Below the pieces are notes generated by a model that saw nothing but the letters and a program-made list of their open reading frames with translations, did no database searches and was not told the DNA's origin. A stretch of 59,066 bases of DNA from positions 1 through 59,066 of the forward strand of contig JAAILG010001998.1 of assembly GCA_012026655.1 (NCBI GenBank). Direction: 5' to 3'. Both the position numbers and the translations under genes were made by a program. Positions 37,884 to 53,207 of this stretch are shown here, piece by piece. Every line of letters starts with the position of its first letter. Within the stretch, counting starts at the first letter, position 1. This DNA is from Hydrolagus affinis. Taxonomy: Eukaryota.

Positions 37884-40800
37884 AAGCACGTTGTAAACTT
37901 ATTTCAGTTGCTTCTTAGAAGTTCAGTTGTATCTCTGCCATACAAAATGAAAATAGTTCTTAATGGATATTAAATCCAGGTTGAAAATACATGCTTGAGT
38001 TCTGCTAGTGTAAAGCTTCAAAGTACTTCAGCGTTAATAATTATTTAACATTTTTAACTTGCAAATTTGGAATTCCTTTTTGTAGAGCCATTGATTTTAA
38101 TTAACAAGACTGGTCCTATTCAGAAAGGTGGCAGAAGACAATAAAGGGAACATTGCATTGTCAGCTCTATTTGATAAATGGAAGCCACTGTCTCATAAAG
38201 TAACAATTTCAAACAGGACCTGGTTCCATTGTTTTTGTGTGAATTCAAACTAGGTGGATGGCTGATTCATCCTGACCAAACTTACTTTGGCTTTTTACGT
38301 CCAAAAGGATCACACTGCAGGAGTTGAAGTAACAAACATTTTTAAGTGTGCATAAACATGTACAGCACAGTGTCCCTGGAATGCAGTATATGCCCTGAAT
38401 ATCAATAGAAAAGTGATTATTTTCGGGACTGAGGCCCAGTCTAAACAGAAGAGAAATGCTAATGTTTTTCTTTTTGGAAAAAAATGGCCAAAAGTAGTGT
38501 ACAGCATACATGGAGATAAAAATGTGCACTTTGCCTTGCAGTTAAAGATTTCACACGTGACTTTTTGGGAGGATGTCAAAGCCTTTTGATATACCCTGAC
38601 CCGACTACAATTCTGTCTGCAATGTTGTCAGTCACACATTAGGTCTTATTTACACATTTTCTTTTGTTCAAATCAGAAAATATAGATGTGGATCTAGAAA
38701 GTAATAGTGTTTGGAAACGATAGGTTCTTCAACTAACCTATTTTGTAAGTTGATGAACACATTTGGTTCATTGTTTGTTCTTTTGGTAGCAAGTACAGCA
38801 TATGGCACTTGCCTTCTAAGTATGTAACCACTCTACAATAGTACCATTGCTTGAAAACACATTATCTTCTTTGAGCGTAGTTTTTTTTAAGTTCTCAAAA
38901 CTCAGAAAGATAAGGTTGTTAAAGGGCCACATAGAGAAAATATATATACAATACTGTATAAGGGTTACTTCAGTTTGGTGAAATTAGACTTGGAATCTTT
39001 CACATGAATACCTTGTAATTAAGTTGGATACCTTGACTCTGAATGTAGTTGCCACAGTTTGAAAATAATGGACAAATATTACTTTTTAAATTATGTCTGG
39101 TCTTATTCCTTTCTCTTTATTCTCTTCACAATAATTTGATGCACTTCCTATTTATCAATCTGCAGGGAATATGGTTCATAATTCTCAGGGGTTATGAGAA
39201 CAGATTGTGACATGTGATATGATAATTATCAGCAACGTAAAATTATGTTGCAGTTCTGTCCCGTTGTCCGGAAATTAGCTATGCTGTGACTATCAGACCT
39301 TCAGTTTGTCTATTAATGTCTTACGTTGTTGTATCACTAAATCTTAATGCATTGCTGTGAATTGAATAGTTGATGTCACATAGCAAACAGAAAGGAAAGA
39401 GGGGGAGCTATTGGTATTCATACCTGTTAATTTGGATTGTAATCTGAAATGAGTGGAAACACCAACAGCATAAATTGAAATGTGCACAGAAAATACAAGG
39501 AATACAACAGGACTCAAAGTGTCGTTGTATCAGAAGGCAGAGGAGAGGAAAGCATCAGTCATGGAGATGGAATTATTTGAAAGAGGCCCATCTACCCGAT
39601 AAGGGCCTCCTTACATGCTTTGGAATGAGCTGAGTTTATATTGAAACATAAAGTTTGTTGTACAGTACTTTACTTGATAGTGCTTGAGTGAAAATTATAC
39701 TTTAAATTCACCCCAAAACAAGTTGAATAATATGCGAGATGTAGTAAACATGGAACAAACAGTGAATGAAGGCTTGGATAAGATAAAACATTTTTGTTGG
39801 GTATGTTTGGAAGAAATTCCAGCAAACACTACTAGATTTGGGTACCTAATGTTGAGCTATACATGCAGTTCATCATTCAACAGCTGGTAAACCTCAGTTA
39901 CTATCTCTCTGCTGAGTCTCTCACACACACACTGTTCATCAACAACAAATTACACTTGTTTAAGTTGGAAAGCTGTCCCAGGGCGCTGGACAGTCAAGGG
40001 TTTTTGGACCCAAGCTGGGAGTTGGAATCAGGATGGATGGAGAACAGTGGAGATGGCATATCACAATGCCAATGGCTTAATGCATTATGTGTCACTTCTG
40101 CATGAGATTGTACATGTTGTGACTCAGGTGCCTCTCCCTTTTACTTAAACATTGACATCAATCCCAACAAACTCCCTTGCGGTCCGTCAGAAAAATAAAA
40201 TTCCATTCATTGCACAACTCACAAACTTGACATCTTTGTTCTCCTCACTGACTCTTATCAGTAGCTAATTGTGTTGGTGTGACTTTTGAGTTGTGTAATA
40301 CTGCAAGTTATTTATTTAATGGCCTTGAACAATGCCTCAATAAAAGAAAGGCCCTTCACTGCCACTTGTTTCTTCATTTTATTAGGGGTGGGAATACTCA
40401 GTGCAGTTTTAACCAAGGAAAGACTGAAGTGATCTCCTTTACAATCTATCTTCTCATACCTATATATATTTCTCAAATTAGTGAATAGAATGTCTCTTTA
40501 CACCTTGCCGGAACTGTTCGAGATACAGTAAATAGCTACGACTTAAATAATGATCGGAAACAGTGCTGTAAAAATGGTAAGATACAAATGTCGCAGAATT
40601 TTACGCTTAAATTATTTGTCTAACTGAACTACTTTTTCTGTGTTAATTACTTGCACAAGCAGTCTAAATTATTTCAATGGCATAACAACATTTAATAGGT
40701 AATAATACTCTTGCAGTGAATTATTTTCTTGCAGTGAATCTATTAAACTTTGGATGTAAAGTGTAGACGCCAGGCACCTCATCAGCAGAGTAGCTAGTTT

Positions 40801-43800
40801 TACAACTTGAGACTGGAAATGTTGAGTCATATAAATACATTTGCAACCAGTATGGAGGGTATGACATTCCTGTTAATTAAAAATGTGTGTCTATTAGCTG
40901 CTAGCATTCATACATTCCTCACAGCTAATAAAGGCAAACCTCCAAAAAAGTGAGTTTAAAAAGTAGACAAGCTAATTGTACTGTAAGCAATCCAATAGTC
41001 CAGTTGTGAAATGTAGATTTCTTCATAGAAATAGCTAGCTTTCATCATAGAAATAGCTATTTTTCATAACATTAGAAGGTGGACTGTACTAGACTTAACA
41101 CCCAGATATACAATGCCATCACCCACATGACCAATATAATGGAGGAGCTTGTGCTCTGCAGTCCGCCATTCAACATGTGGCAACCCCAGTGGCTTCTACA
41201 ATGGAAACTTCAGTTGCAGAGGCCATAAACACTATAGGAACAACACTCATAAATGTTCCCATTGCTCATATGGAAGTGGAGGTGGAGGGGAGGTCAAAAT
41301 TGCAGTTATGAGCATGTTGAGGACAAGGCCTCCATTAATATTATGCATGGGTTTCACCAGCTGACAACTTATATTGGTTGCAGTTCTAGACCATTGCATA
41401 GCTTGACGGTAGTTCCCGTAAGCATCACCCCTGGCACCAGTCTTAAAAAAACTGCAACATCAGAGATCCCTGGTACCAGAATATGTTCATCGGCATTCGC
41501 TGCGGAGATTGAGCCTATTTATCCAATGTTTGCCTCGTATTGGCAAAGCAGAATTTATCAGTACTGTACTGCACCCAGCAGGATGTGTACACAATCCCCA
41601 AGTTCCTAGCCTGCAAAGCACAAATGCAGGAGCACAAAACTACATTATTAAATCCCATTTTCAGAGAAGGATTCAATAAATTCCTCTTCATTGGTCTATA
41701 AGAGTCAGTTGTGCTAAATTTAAAGTAAACCAAGGATATGCAGAAACCAGCATAATCTAAAGCATGTTGGACAAATAGCGATTATGTGATTGTAAAATTG
41801 TCCCATTACTGAATCATTGAAACACAAGTCGCCTATGTGACCATCTGGTAGTTCTCTTCCCGCTTGCAGAGACTGATTGGTAGCCTGGCAATAAATTATA
41901 ATTATGTATTACTTTCTTGATTAATTTATTTTATGGAGAATCCTTCTGAGACCTGCACAGATATAACATTTAAATTCACTGTGGAAATGTAGGAACATGA
42001 TGGTGACCACAGTGGAATAAAGTGTAAAATTTGCAAACTCAATCCAAATTATTATGACTCGCTCCACATAAATTCTTAATGATTAAAAGTGTCCCCTGCC
42101 CAATACTAAAAGATGTTCCACCTGCATGTCTTATAATAAGTTAATTTGGTGCCTATTGTTCAAACATCCCTGAGTGACATTTCCATATATTCCTCCCCTG
42201 CTTTACACGTATTTAAAATGTCAAGTCCATGAAGTGAATTTTCCGATATTCCATTTCAAAATCTAGCAAGGATAGAATTAACTACATAATAAAACCTGAA
42301 CCCTGATGGCTATACGCAAGGTTTGTTTGGTCTGTTAGTTTGTGAGCAGTGGACATTAGTGAATGGAGTGTCATCACAGTACAACTCAACCAGTTAATGA
42401 GGCCCAACACCGTTCGGATTGATGTATTTGCTGTGACAAGTTGTTACAGAGCACAGCTGGATAGTAGAGCCCAACGTGAAATCATGTGATTTGGGATTAC
42501 TGCTGTGTAAACTGCAGCCCTTTGTTCAGCCTTACAATGTGTTATGAGATGTTGCTAAGGAGAGCGTTATTTACAGAACACAGTGCAGCAATGTTCTTCT
42601 TACTCCTACAGACCACCTCCCCCTGCCTTCCCCCAAAACCTTTCAAACAATGGAGGCAACGTTGCATGACTGCAAGATGTCATGGTTTTGAGTATCAGAG
42701 TTTAATGACACCAAGTATAAAAACACAATAGAATAGAATTATAAAAACACAGTTAAGCAAATTGTAATCTGGCAAATTGCAAATTGCACTTAATTTTTAA
42801 GTGCAAATATTGGTGTTCTAGATTTTGTAACTAATAGAACTACAGTGCTTTCCTCCATACAATCGATCAACAAATAAAGTATAAAAGTCATACCTTTTCC
42901 AGTTTCAAGACACATATTTCTTCTACGGTGTCTCCAACTGCACGGTGTAAAATGATGAGAGCTCTCTGCCAACACAGTACTGTATAATGTCAATACATCA
43001 TCTTATCTACATAGTGCAGGTTCAGGAGAGGTAATATTAGGAGAGCACCTTATCTACATTTTGACATTTCAAGTTTTTATGACTTTTAAATGAAGTTGCC
43101 TAGTTACTATCAATTTATTGTTAGAATTGAAATGTAGATCATTTTTCAACGATATCTGAATTGTGTCTACCCAATTTAATTTAACTCAATTGTTTTTAAA
43201 TTAAATGGAATAATTTGCACCCTGGCCATATTTGTTTAAGCTAATTGTATGGAGTTGCTGTTTTGGCAGGTTAATGTGACTTCAGGCCCCAAGTATTACA
43301 GTCACCTTAACCTGTTCAATAGAAACTCCATTACGGTTAGCACAACATAACTTTGAGTATTATCACCTTTCAAACAGGTTTACTCCCAGTCAGTTAAGAT
43401 TAGTTCTTTATTATCCCAGCTTAACCAATGCTATTTCGCATTTTTAATGGTTTTCCCTTATTGCTTAACCTGGCAGATAGTTAACTCTTTGGGGAACCCT
43501 AATATCTGTTTTAAAATGGATTAAGTATCTGTCCCCTAGCCATTCTTCTTAGGTTTAAGTTGTATAATACCATCTATACCATTCCAACTAGACATCTTTT
43601 TGGGACATCCTCCTGACATGAAAGGCGATATACAAATGTAATTACATTGTTGTTATTGTTGAATTCACTTTTTAAAACATGGGATTGGCCTGAATTCCAT
43701 CTGCGTTTCATAAAAGTGATTTTAAAACTTTCATAAAGGGGTTTATTTTTAGTTGGAAAAAGGTGGTGTTTTGGGGCATCAAACTGATTATGTCATCAGA

Positions 43801-44112
43801 GCAAGTGGGGGATAGGGAGACAATGGATTGAGAAAGTGGGAGGAAAGGAAAGAAGGGAGAGAGAGGAAGGCAAGCAGGCAGGCAGACAGACAAACAGATA
43901 AAGAGAGGAACAAGACACTGAGAGGGATAAACACAAAGCTTTTGATGCCAGGAATTAATCTTGTGCTCCTCTCTGCAATTTCTAGCAAGACTATGGCAGT
44001 TTGTTATGATCTGAACAGAGTTGGGGGAACTTAATATGTACTCCAACTATATTGTGTCCAATGCTTTGTTGAGTCTCAACTTTTCTAGCGGGTTAAAGTT
44101 TTCCAACATCTT

Positions 44113-44600
44113 AATAATAATAATCCCTGCATTTGATTCAGCACCTTATCATATCTTCAAGATGTCTCAAAGTGCTTCACAGAATATACTATAAATTGAA
44201 TTGACTCTCAATTTTGTATTTTGGCAAAATGCCCCAAATAATTTTTGTGATTAGATAGTTAGATTGAACATAACCTCTGTTGTGCAATGATGCAAGTAGA
44301 CTACAAATCAACTTAATTAGTTAGCCAGTATAAATTTGTTTAAAGTGGGTTAGTAATAATACTTCCATTTGACATAGTCATCGCAAAGTCTGAATGTGCT
44401 TCACAGAATATACTGTAAAGTGAATTGACTGTAAAGTTTGTGGGTGAAACATAGCAGTCAATTGCGCACATCAGTGCCCACAATCATGGATTGAAGTGAC
44501 CAATTTATATTTTTTAAAAGGAATTATTAACCCTGGAAAAGCGATCTGTAAAATGACTAGCAATGGGGTTCCTACTTACTGTTAGGTAAAAAGAGGTTAT
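44113..44600 (-). mobile_element. Two SINE fragments; the second is of the long-insert subfamily
   Basis: Tails at 44113 and ~44353. The second contains CTGGAAAAGCGATC...CCTACTTACTGTTAGGTAAA, shared with 55988-56299. Confidence 0.75.
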
Positions 44601-47600
44601 ATAATATTCATAGCATTTGCTGTGCTATCCCAAATGCTGAATAGGGACATAGTAAGTACATCTGTCAAAACAGAATCTCTATACAATTAACACAAAAAAT
44701 GCCCTGGGGAGAGGAGATTATCTCTGAAATTAAGGTACTATCTAAAATGAAAATGCTGCGACAATTTAGTTCTTACTTAATATCCATATCCTGTTTTTTT
44801 TGTTGCTGTTGTGTTACCCCACCTATTGAATGTGATCAGCATCAAGTCAACTAACTTTGATGCTTAAGTTAGTTGATTTGATTCTTCAATTCCTAAGATT
44901 TCAGAAGTATCTATTAAGTATCTATTAGATTTGAGTCTGAACAGTGTAGGAGGTTTGGAAGGGAATGAAGTCAGTAAACATTCCATGCAATTAGACCATG
45001 ACAAACAGAACTTATTGTGTTAGTGAGCGATGGTATGTATGTGATATTTATCAGAGAAAATATGTTTAATAGTACCAACACATTCTGATACTGTGCCTTG
45101 TGTTGACTGATTTACATGGGCCTGTTTTGTTTAAGCTTTCACCATCCAAAAGATATTCATTTGCATAGTGAGAGTGAGACAATTAAGTGGATTTTTATGT
45201 TCAAAATCTTTGCGTAGGGACATTATATATATTGTGTTAGAATATGTGGATCAGTCTAACCTTTATGAAAGTGCCAGTTATATGATTACATTTATATGGA
45301 TGTTTGAAATCCCTCAAGGTTAAGTGACTGAAGCTTTGGCACAAGAATGTGTGTAAGGAAATACGTCACAAGACGATACTCATGTTATGACCAGTTTCCA
45401 AAGCAATTGCCTGAACTAGCACTTCAACCTGATAGCATAAGGACAAAACATTTGAAAAGAAAAAAATCTTGAAATAATTTCATGATTACAACCCAATTTG
45501 GCGATTCAGGTATAGTGGTAAAATATTTTAGATGAATTTGTTCAACTTAAACTATACCCTCCGTACTCATTTTTCTCTCTAGTCTGACAAAAACAGACAA
45601 TCGAAGACCATGTGTAAAAAACTCAAGTTTGTTAATTTTCCCAACAGCTGCAGTTATTCTCTCACTTTGAGCTACTGTTGCTAAAGGAATTTGGCATGAT
45701 TCAATCAGTAAACGACTGTACTATGAATACTACTGTGGGAATATGTTTTCCACAGTTTTGGTCCGTGACAGTTTGGTACAGGAGGAGTGTTCAGGCACCA
45801 TATCGTTTGTAGAAGCTTGTCTCTGATGGAAATTTTAAATAAACTTTACAACCTGATTTTGGAAATAGCTTTCTTGCTGAAAAAGAATTATTTTTCTTTT
45901 CAAATGTTTTGTCCTTATGCTATCAGGCTGAAGTACTAGTTAGGGCAAGTACTTTCTTGCTGTTCATTGCCACCCAACTTTTCAGCACCAAGTATTGTTT
46001 GAAGCTTTTGCCTTCAGTTATGTGACTTTTTTTTATCAGTTCTTGAATGGGGCTTTTTGCAAAGGTAAGGTACACAACTTTTGTAGAGGTTGGAAAAAGG
46101 AATAACTTGATCACTTGGCTTTTATAGAAAGTTGCACTTGGCCATTCAGTCACAGTGACATTAAGTGTAGTCCTTGGTAAGCCAATGGTCAGGACGAAAC
46201 TGGTCTGTCAGCTATAGTGCATCATATAAAGTGACTCAAGCAACAGAGAAGACAACATTAAAGCAAGATAGTGCTGGAGAGTAGAATTGACTGAATTGAC
46301 TTTTACAAGTCAATTGGTTTATCTTTTCACTTTCTGATAATTCAGCTTGTTTATAGCAACAAGTTGGCTACCTTAATATAAGTGTCTGGTGCAAAGGTGA
46401 GACAGAAAGTACTCATATTTATTCTGTTTATACTTCTAGTTTTACAGTGAATTATTAATTTAGCAGTGAAAACCATATGTGCGGGCAACACAAGTAAAAA
46501 AGCTTGCAGTGTAAATAGGATTGTGGATAGCAGTGGTGGCTAAGCTGTTTGGTCAGTCAACACAATAAATTTTCTTGATTGAATATTTCTTAATTTATGC
46601 CATAAATCCAGAAACATTCAATCAATAAATAGCTGAAAACATGGTATTGATCCAACACAGACCTGCCTAGCTAGACTTGTGCAAATATCCAGGTGGCAGT
46701 CAGTCCATATATCCAAATATATACTGTGGTATTATGCAACACAGATCATTGACTAGTAAAACCATATAGAAAGATCTATACTGCATACCCATGTAAGGGA
46801 TATGATTTTGCGCATAACTGATTTGCATCTAAATTGATTTGAGTGACAATTTCTATTGATTAGATTGTTCAGGATCATTTACAACACAATGTCAAAACCA
46901 ATGCAGAATGCTTCGACATTGATATTACAATAACAAGAAGGCTATGGGAAATTATAATATGATAGGAGTTAGGAATGAATACAACAAAATGATGTAAATC
47001 TTAATGTTGTGCAAACTTAGAGAGAAAGATTTCCAATGTTCACACTCGGCTAATAATTAAAGAAGTGACTTAGCAACTGTTGTAAATGATACAGTTTCAA
47101 TGTATGGTTCAAATCCTGGTTTAAGGTAGTTAACCATGCTGCTAAATATGCCAAGCAATCTTTGATAAGGCTCTGAGTTCCCTAGCTATCTTGTGGAAAT
47201 ATTTGTTTTGCTCAATGAATCCTCCACGGTTGATAATAAAGTGCAGACCAGATGGCTATGTTCACATTTCAAGTTGTGGAAATGGCCCAATCTACACACT
47301 GTAATACTCTGTTTAATTTACTGAAGTGAGGGACAGTGTTACGTAGACACATATGAATGGGATGCGATAAGAGTCAACAAAGCCATGAGGCTGATGACTG
47401 GTTTACTTTGAGTCATTTCTTTCGTTAGATACACAATGCACCAACAAATGGCACAAGCTTACAATGGTATTTTAGAACATAACATTCAGTGAAAATGAGC
47501 ATGAGGGCACATTGTTAATTGTGTTTAGTGCAGTAACTTTATAGAGTAGAGTACGTACAGATTTAACTCAGGAGCAGTATGCTTCATCCCTAATGTTTCT

Positions 47601-49866
47601 TAAGATAACATATGAGATCTATGTTTTGTGATTTATACTGTAAGGATTTTACCCGAGAGAACCTATTTTGTTTAACATGCTTCATTCATGTTTCTAGTGT
47701 TTATACCTGAGGACTCGTATTCATACAAACTCTGTAAGTAAACCATTCTGCTGTTAACGAAAAATTGCTGCCAGTGGGAAGCTTGTATTCCACACAAGTG
47801 GTGTTTGTTGTCGATACTGTAGTGTATAATGTTTGAAGAGAGTTTCATAGTTAGTTCTTGTCTCAGCAAGGATTTCTTTTGAGCACACAGTACAGACTGT
47901 GCTCATTACTATTCATTAATCAGTTTTCTCCCTTCTTACTAAAATGAATAACAGCCATTGCCTTGTCACTTATCTCCCCCTTTTTTCCATTCCATACGAC
48001 TGCATGTAATAGTTACAGTAAGAAGGAACAGTTTTAGACACCTAATGTGTTTCCCTGACTGTGAAACTTTCGCTTGAGTAAATGTAATCGTGATGTGACA
48101 GAAGAGAGAGGTTTGAGGCTGATTAATTAATATTCTATATCAAGAACATGCACACAGGCACGCCACTTTGCCATGTATCCTGTGAAGTGTTTTGTGACAA
48201 CATGATAAGGCACTGTATAAAAAATGCAAATGCAAGGATTATTATAGACAATAACATGCATAGGTTGTTTGCAGCATTCAGTAAGTGAAAAAAATGGAAA
48301 TTAGGAAGGGCCTAACATTTTTGATTAAACTGAGTACTGTATACTTTAGTTTTGTGGAGTTTAAAGAAAGCAAATCATTCTGTATGCATATGCTAGGTTA
48401 GTTCTCTTCCTTTGTATGTTTTTATATTTAAATGTTGCAGGTTATTCTGAAATATCAAATTTAGCATGCCCAGGCAATTTAAATTTGCTTAAATTCATGG
48501 GCAAGTGAGTAATTATGATGTAATTTGTATTTATTTCTTAAATTATTTAATAACCACTGTCCCTGTAATCCGAATCACATAAATGAAGGTTGCTCTTTCT
48601 GATAACGAGAGATTTGTCACTTTGTCCCATGGAAATGCTTTTCCAATGTGATTTACTGGTTTAATGGAGTGCCCCAGGGGGTGGTGTGAATTCTAAGAAA
48701 TCCGCTTTTAAGAAATCCAAATTACCATGAGCCACTTAGAGCTGATAGTTCAATGCTGCTACTCCACTGACACTTTCCTGAGAGGTACCATATAAGACAT
48801 TCCACAATTCATTCCACATTCCACAGAACATCTATCTAAATGCTCCACCTACTGGCTAGCTTGGAAAGATTTTTATCAATCAGGGAGAATTTAATCCCAC
48901 ATCTCAAATGTGAACAGAAGTGTGGTGAAACGATTGATCTAACTGACCACTTAAATACAATACTCACAATGTCTAAAATATGTTTCATTGTTTATGTTAG
49001 CACTTCTTGATGTTGTTGGATAATCCTATGAGATGTGGGCTGAAACGGTGAAAGGAGTTCAAAACAGGGAACAAGTGGCATTTTATTATTTAGTAAGTTT
49101 AAATACAACAGGAGTAACTTAAACCACCTATTAAAAAGGTCTCCTTTGTGTTATCAACACCAAAGTAGTTCATTTTCTAAAGGCTGCTTTATAAAATGTC
49201 TGGGCTGGCTAGCTCACGTGCATTAAACTGAAAATAATCAGCTTTTCATAGCACATTGCAGTTTGTCTGGATACTATGATGGATTAGATCATATTAAAAT
49301 CTGTTTTTATATTCTTATATAGTAACATATATAGAGCCCAATTGAAGTTGAACATGAAGTACAGTATTATGTTATTGGGGGTATTCTCTTCAGACAGTTA
49401 GTCACTTTAGCATAAGAGTCTAGGCAGGAAAAGGAAATCCCCTGAGAATCCACTTCAAAAGAAAGTTGACTGCGGCAAATTAAATGGTCTTGTAGTTAGT
49501 TCACACAAATTATATTAAATGCATTAGTAAGAAGGACTCAGACATCCACAGGCATGAGTATAATAAGGAATCCAGGTCTTCTTTACACAGACATCACTGA
49601 GCCTAGTTCTAAACATACTTTCTGATTAATTCTGAAAGCAATATGTGGAAGATGAAGCAAAAGTCACCAAGGAATACAAAGTACAGTACAATTACAAACA
49701 CGGTGACAATTGTTAGAAGGATTATGTCACAGCTGGGATGTTTAGGAGGATATAGGCAGACCTAGAAACTGGTACAAACGTTAGGCAACTCATTGTGCCC
49801 TCATCCAAATTTGCCCGGAAATTCAAATTAATTGGCAACTCATTTCATTATGAATGATAAACTAGC

Positions 49867-50116
49867 CCTTGCATTTGATATCTCATCTTCTAGATGTCAC
49901 CAAGCACTTTACAGAATATACTGACTGCGTACTTGTGGGTGAAACGCGGCAGCCAATTTCACGCAGCAGTGTCGCACAAACACCGCCGTGGATTGAAATG
50001 ACCAATTTATCACCATTTTTTTTCTTGAGGGATTATTACCAGGCACGTGGAGTAAGGAAACTTGCCCAAGGTTTATCCCTGCCTTGATTTGAACCCATGT
50101 CACTCGCTTGTAAGGC
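49867..50116 (-). mobile_element. tRNA-head SINE
   Basis: Same body and head as 26901-27211; head CCTTACAAGCGAG..GGGTTCAAATC. Confidence 0.85.
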
Positions 50117-50399
50117 AAAAACAAAATGCTTTCTTTGGATTCCCCAAAATCTTTGTGCTGATTTATCCTAAATATATTTTAAGGTGACTGGTCTATCATT
50201 TTCCTGTTTGGCTCATAACCCTTTGTTAAATCATGGAATGAAATTAGTCATATTTGAATCCTCAGAGGTATCTCCCACCTCTAGTGAATTCCCAACCTCT
50301 GACTCCTTTAAATCTTGCAGATGTCTGACCTTGTACTTTTATTTATTTCTAGCCTTTCTTATACAGTACTTACTATATCAACATTATATGATGTTGACT

Positions 50400-50740
50400 A
50401 CAGCAGGTGTCGTCCTGGTGTAGTTGGTAGCACTTTCACCTGTCCCTACTTGTAGATGTTGAAGATCTAATAATACTATTCAAAAAAGAGAAGTAAGTCT
50501 CCTCACGGGTCCTAGTCAACAATTCCCCCAGATAAAATTGGTCATTTACTTTTTGGCTGTTTGGAAGGCATTGTTGTGTGTAAATTGTCTGCTGTGTGTG
50601 TGTACACAGTCATTATACACAGTCATTATACAACAGTTATTATACATCCGATCAAATCCTGTGTGAAATGCGTTGAGACATCATGATGATTAGCTAAGTA
50701 ATTATATCAAATGCAAGGATTATTATTATTATTATTATAT
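50400..50740 (+). mobile_element. Degraded SINE with (ATT)n tail
   Basis: GGTGTAGTTGGTAGCAC head remnant, AATTGGTCATT body and ATCAAATGCAAGG(ATT)6 tail. Confidence 0.6.
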
Positions 50741-53207
50741 TGGTGGCAGGGTTTTCAGAACCTGATCTGATTATAAATGTTACCGATTGTTACCTTGGGA
50801 CATCCTCCTGACAAGAAAGGCACTATACAAGTGTAATTTTGTTGTTGTTGTTGATACTCAAACTAGACCAGCCTTTTTAGTTCCTTTGAAAACCAGGAAG
50901 TCACACGGGTAAGATAAATATTTAATGCATTGCTTTGGATCTGCTTGTTATTGGATATTTAAAAAAGAGGTAGACATTTATTTGCGGAGGATGGGTTTGC
51001 GCGGTTATGGGGAGAGAGCTGGGGAGTGGGATTGAATTGCTCTTTTCAAAGAGCTGGTACAGACTTGATGGGCTGAATGGCTTCCTTTTGAGCCATAAGG
51101 TTCTATGATTCTATGATATACAAAACCCTGGAACTGCATTAAGACTGTGCTGCCAGTCATTTCTTCACCCCACTGCCCTCACTTTCCTAAACTCTCCCAG
51201 TCAGATACAATCACAACAACACAGTTACATTTGTACAGCACCTTTCACGTGAGAGGATGTCCCAATGGTGTGTGAAGTGCTTTGCAATATCCTACCAACA
51301 TCAAAGGTGCTTTTTAAGTGCAAATTGTTGTTGTTAATTAAAGATTTCTATGTTGCTGGAGTGTGGATTTGCAATTATCGAGGAGGTTCCATGTTGAGAA
51401 AATTCAGGAGAGCAGTGGAAAATGAACTTCTTTTTGAGCAATTCACGAAGGACTGTATTTGGCCAGAATATATTAACTGTGGCTGTCTGTAAGTAATTAT
51501 GAACTACTTAAAAGGTACTGATGTTTACTAGAGAACAGGTGCCAACAACAGGCTTCTAATTTTGTTCCAAGAAGTTTGAAGACTGGTCTAATCATAGCAC
51601 CATTTACCAGAGCCCTCTTTCACTAGGGGAGCTTTTCTCATCACAGACCTCCCCTCAATAAGAAAACAATGCAGACTCTTTTAAACATCATTCTGGTTGA
51701 CAGTCCTGGTGCTAGGAAGGAGTAGGATTTCCTCTTTACAATTCCTCACAAATTGAGTTCTCTTTTTATAGTGATTTGTTAGTTTTAGTTCCCATATTTG
51801 AATTGGGGGAAAGGAGAAAATGTGGATTAATGCAAATGTATGCAACACATGTGATCCTGTGGAGTGCATGATAAATGGTTGGTGTGGCAGATTGTATGGA
51901 ATGTGAAATCTGGTGCAACAAACTTGTGACATGTCAACAGAATCTGAAGCAAATGATGTTTTCCCAAATAAATTGAACAACCACATGCTTACTGTTGCCA
52001 TCTAGGGAATTACCGAACTTCTCCATGCCTTTTGACTGATACCTGCAAGAGCAACAGTTCTAATCACTCACTACCACTGCATCACTGACTCACAAAAAAA
52101 GTTACACAGTCCACACGTTATGTAAACACTTCTTAAACCAAATAACCCCAGCAGTTCTCAATGATAGTGGGTCGATACCTCATTGCAGTCAAATCTGTAG
52201 TGGTGACATTGGCAGTGCATTGACATGATAGCAAATAGAATATCATCAAATGGCTTCTTTATCTCATCAAATTCTATGTGCTCAAACCCGTGCTTTAACC
52301 CATCACTTCACATTTATGGTGTGTTAAATAAGAATAATCCCTTGAATTTGTCTACCATATACTGTATTGAGATTTATATCTTCCCTATTTTTACTTGTGG
52401 CCACATCTTAGGAAATGACACCTGTTGGTTGCCGTTTCTGCTTGACAAAGTGAAACTGTTAAAGAGTTTGCAAATTTCTGTTTTGTGTCTCACTGGCAGT
52501 GCCAAATTTTATTTTCTAAAATATTTGGTTAATCTATACAGACATCTTGCTAGGAATAGATATTAGAAATGATGGCAGCCAATTGCGCACAGCAAAGAAC
52601 CTCAAGGCAGAAAGCTTTTGTGTTCCACGAGATGCTAATTCTCCTACTTCTAAAACATTATTTTATCAAATACATTGATGAATATCCATGTATTATTCCG
52701 CATGTCAATCCAAATGTTTGCTTTTCCGATAAAGTAATCCAACATTAACTTTTCTTCCAATTTATGTTTCAGACAAACGTAATCTGCGTTTAAAGGCTGC
52801 TTTGTGGCAAACCATTTCCTTCGACTAGAAAGGAAGGGAACACTAACAGAAATTATTTTCAACATTCGCCTTTGAGGAAACAGAATTTAGCTTGCAAATT
52901 AGCTAATGTCTCTATAGAAGCGATTCTTACAGCACTGAGCAGAATACTATCTTATGCCATAAAGTACGTGAGAATCCAGCTGCTTGGAATTTGCAGGAGC
53001 ATTATACTGTGTCAGGCTTGAACAGCTGGTCATTTTATTCCCTCTCTGTTTATAAGACATCTGGTTTCAGAGCAGACTGATTTGAGTGCAGCCCGATACC
53101 TTTAGAGAACTTCACCAAAGTGCTTCACAGACTCCTGTCACTGACCAGGCCATGCTATGACAGTCAAAGAAAAGAATCAGAAAAATATTGAGCGTCTGTG
53201 TTTCAAG

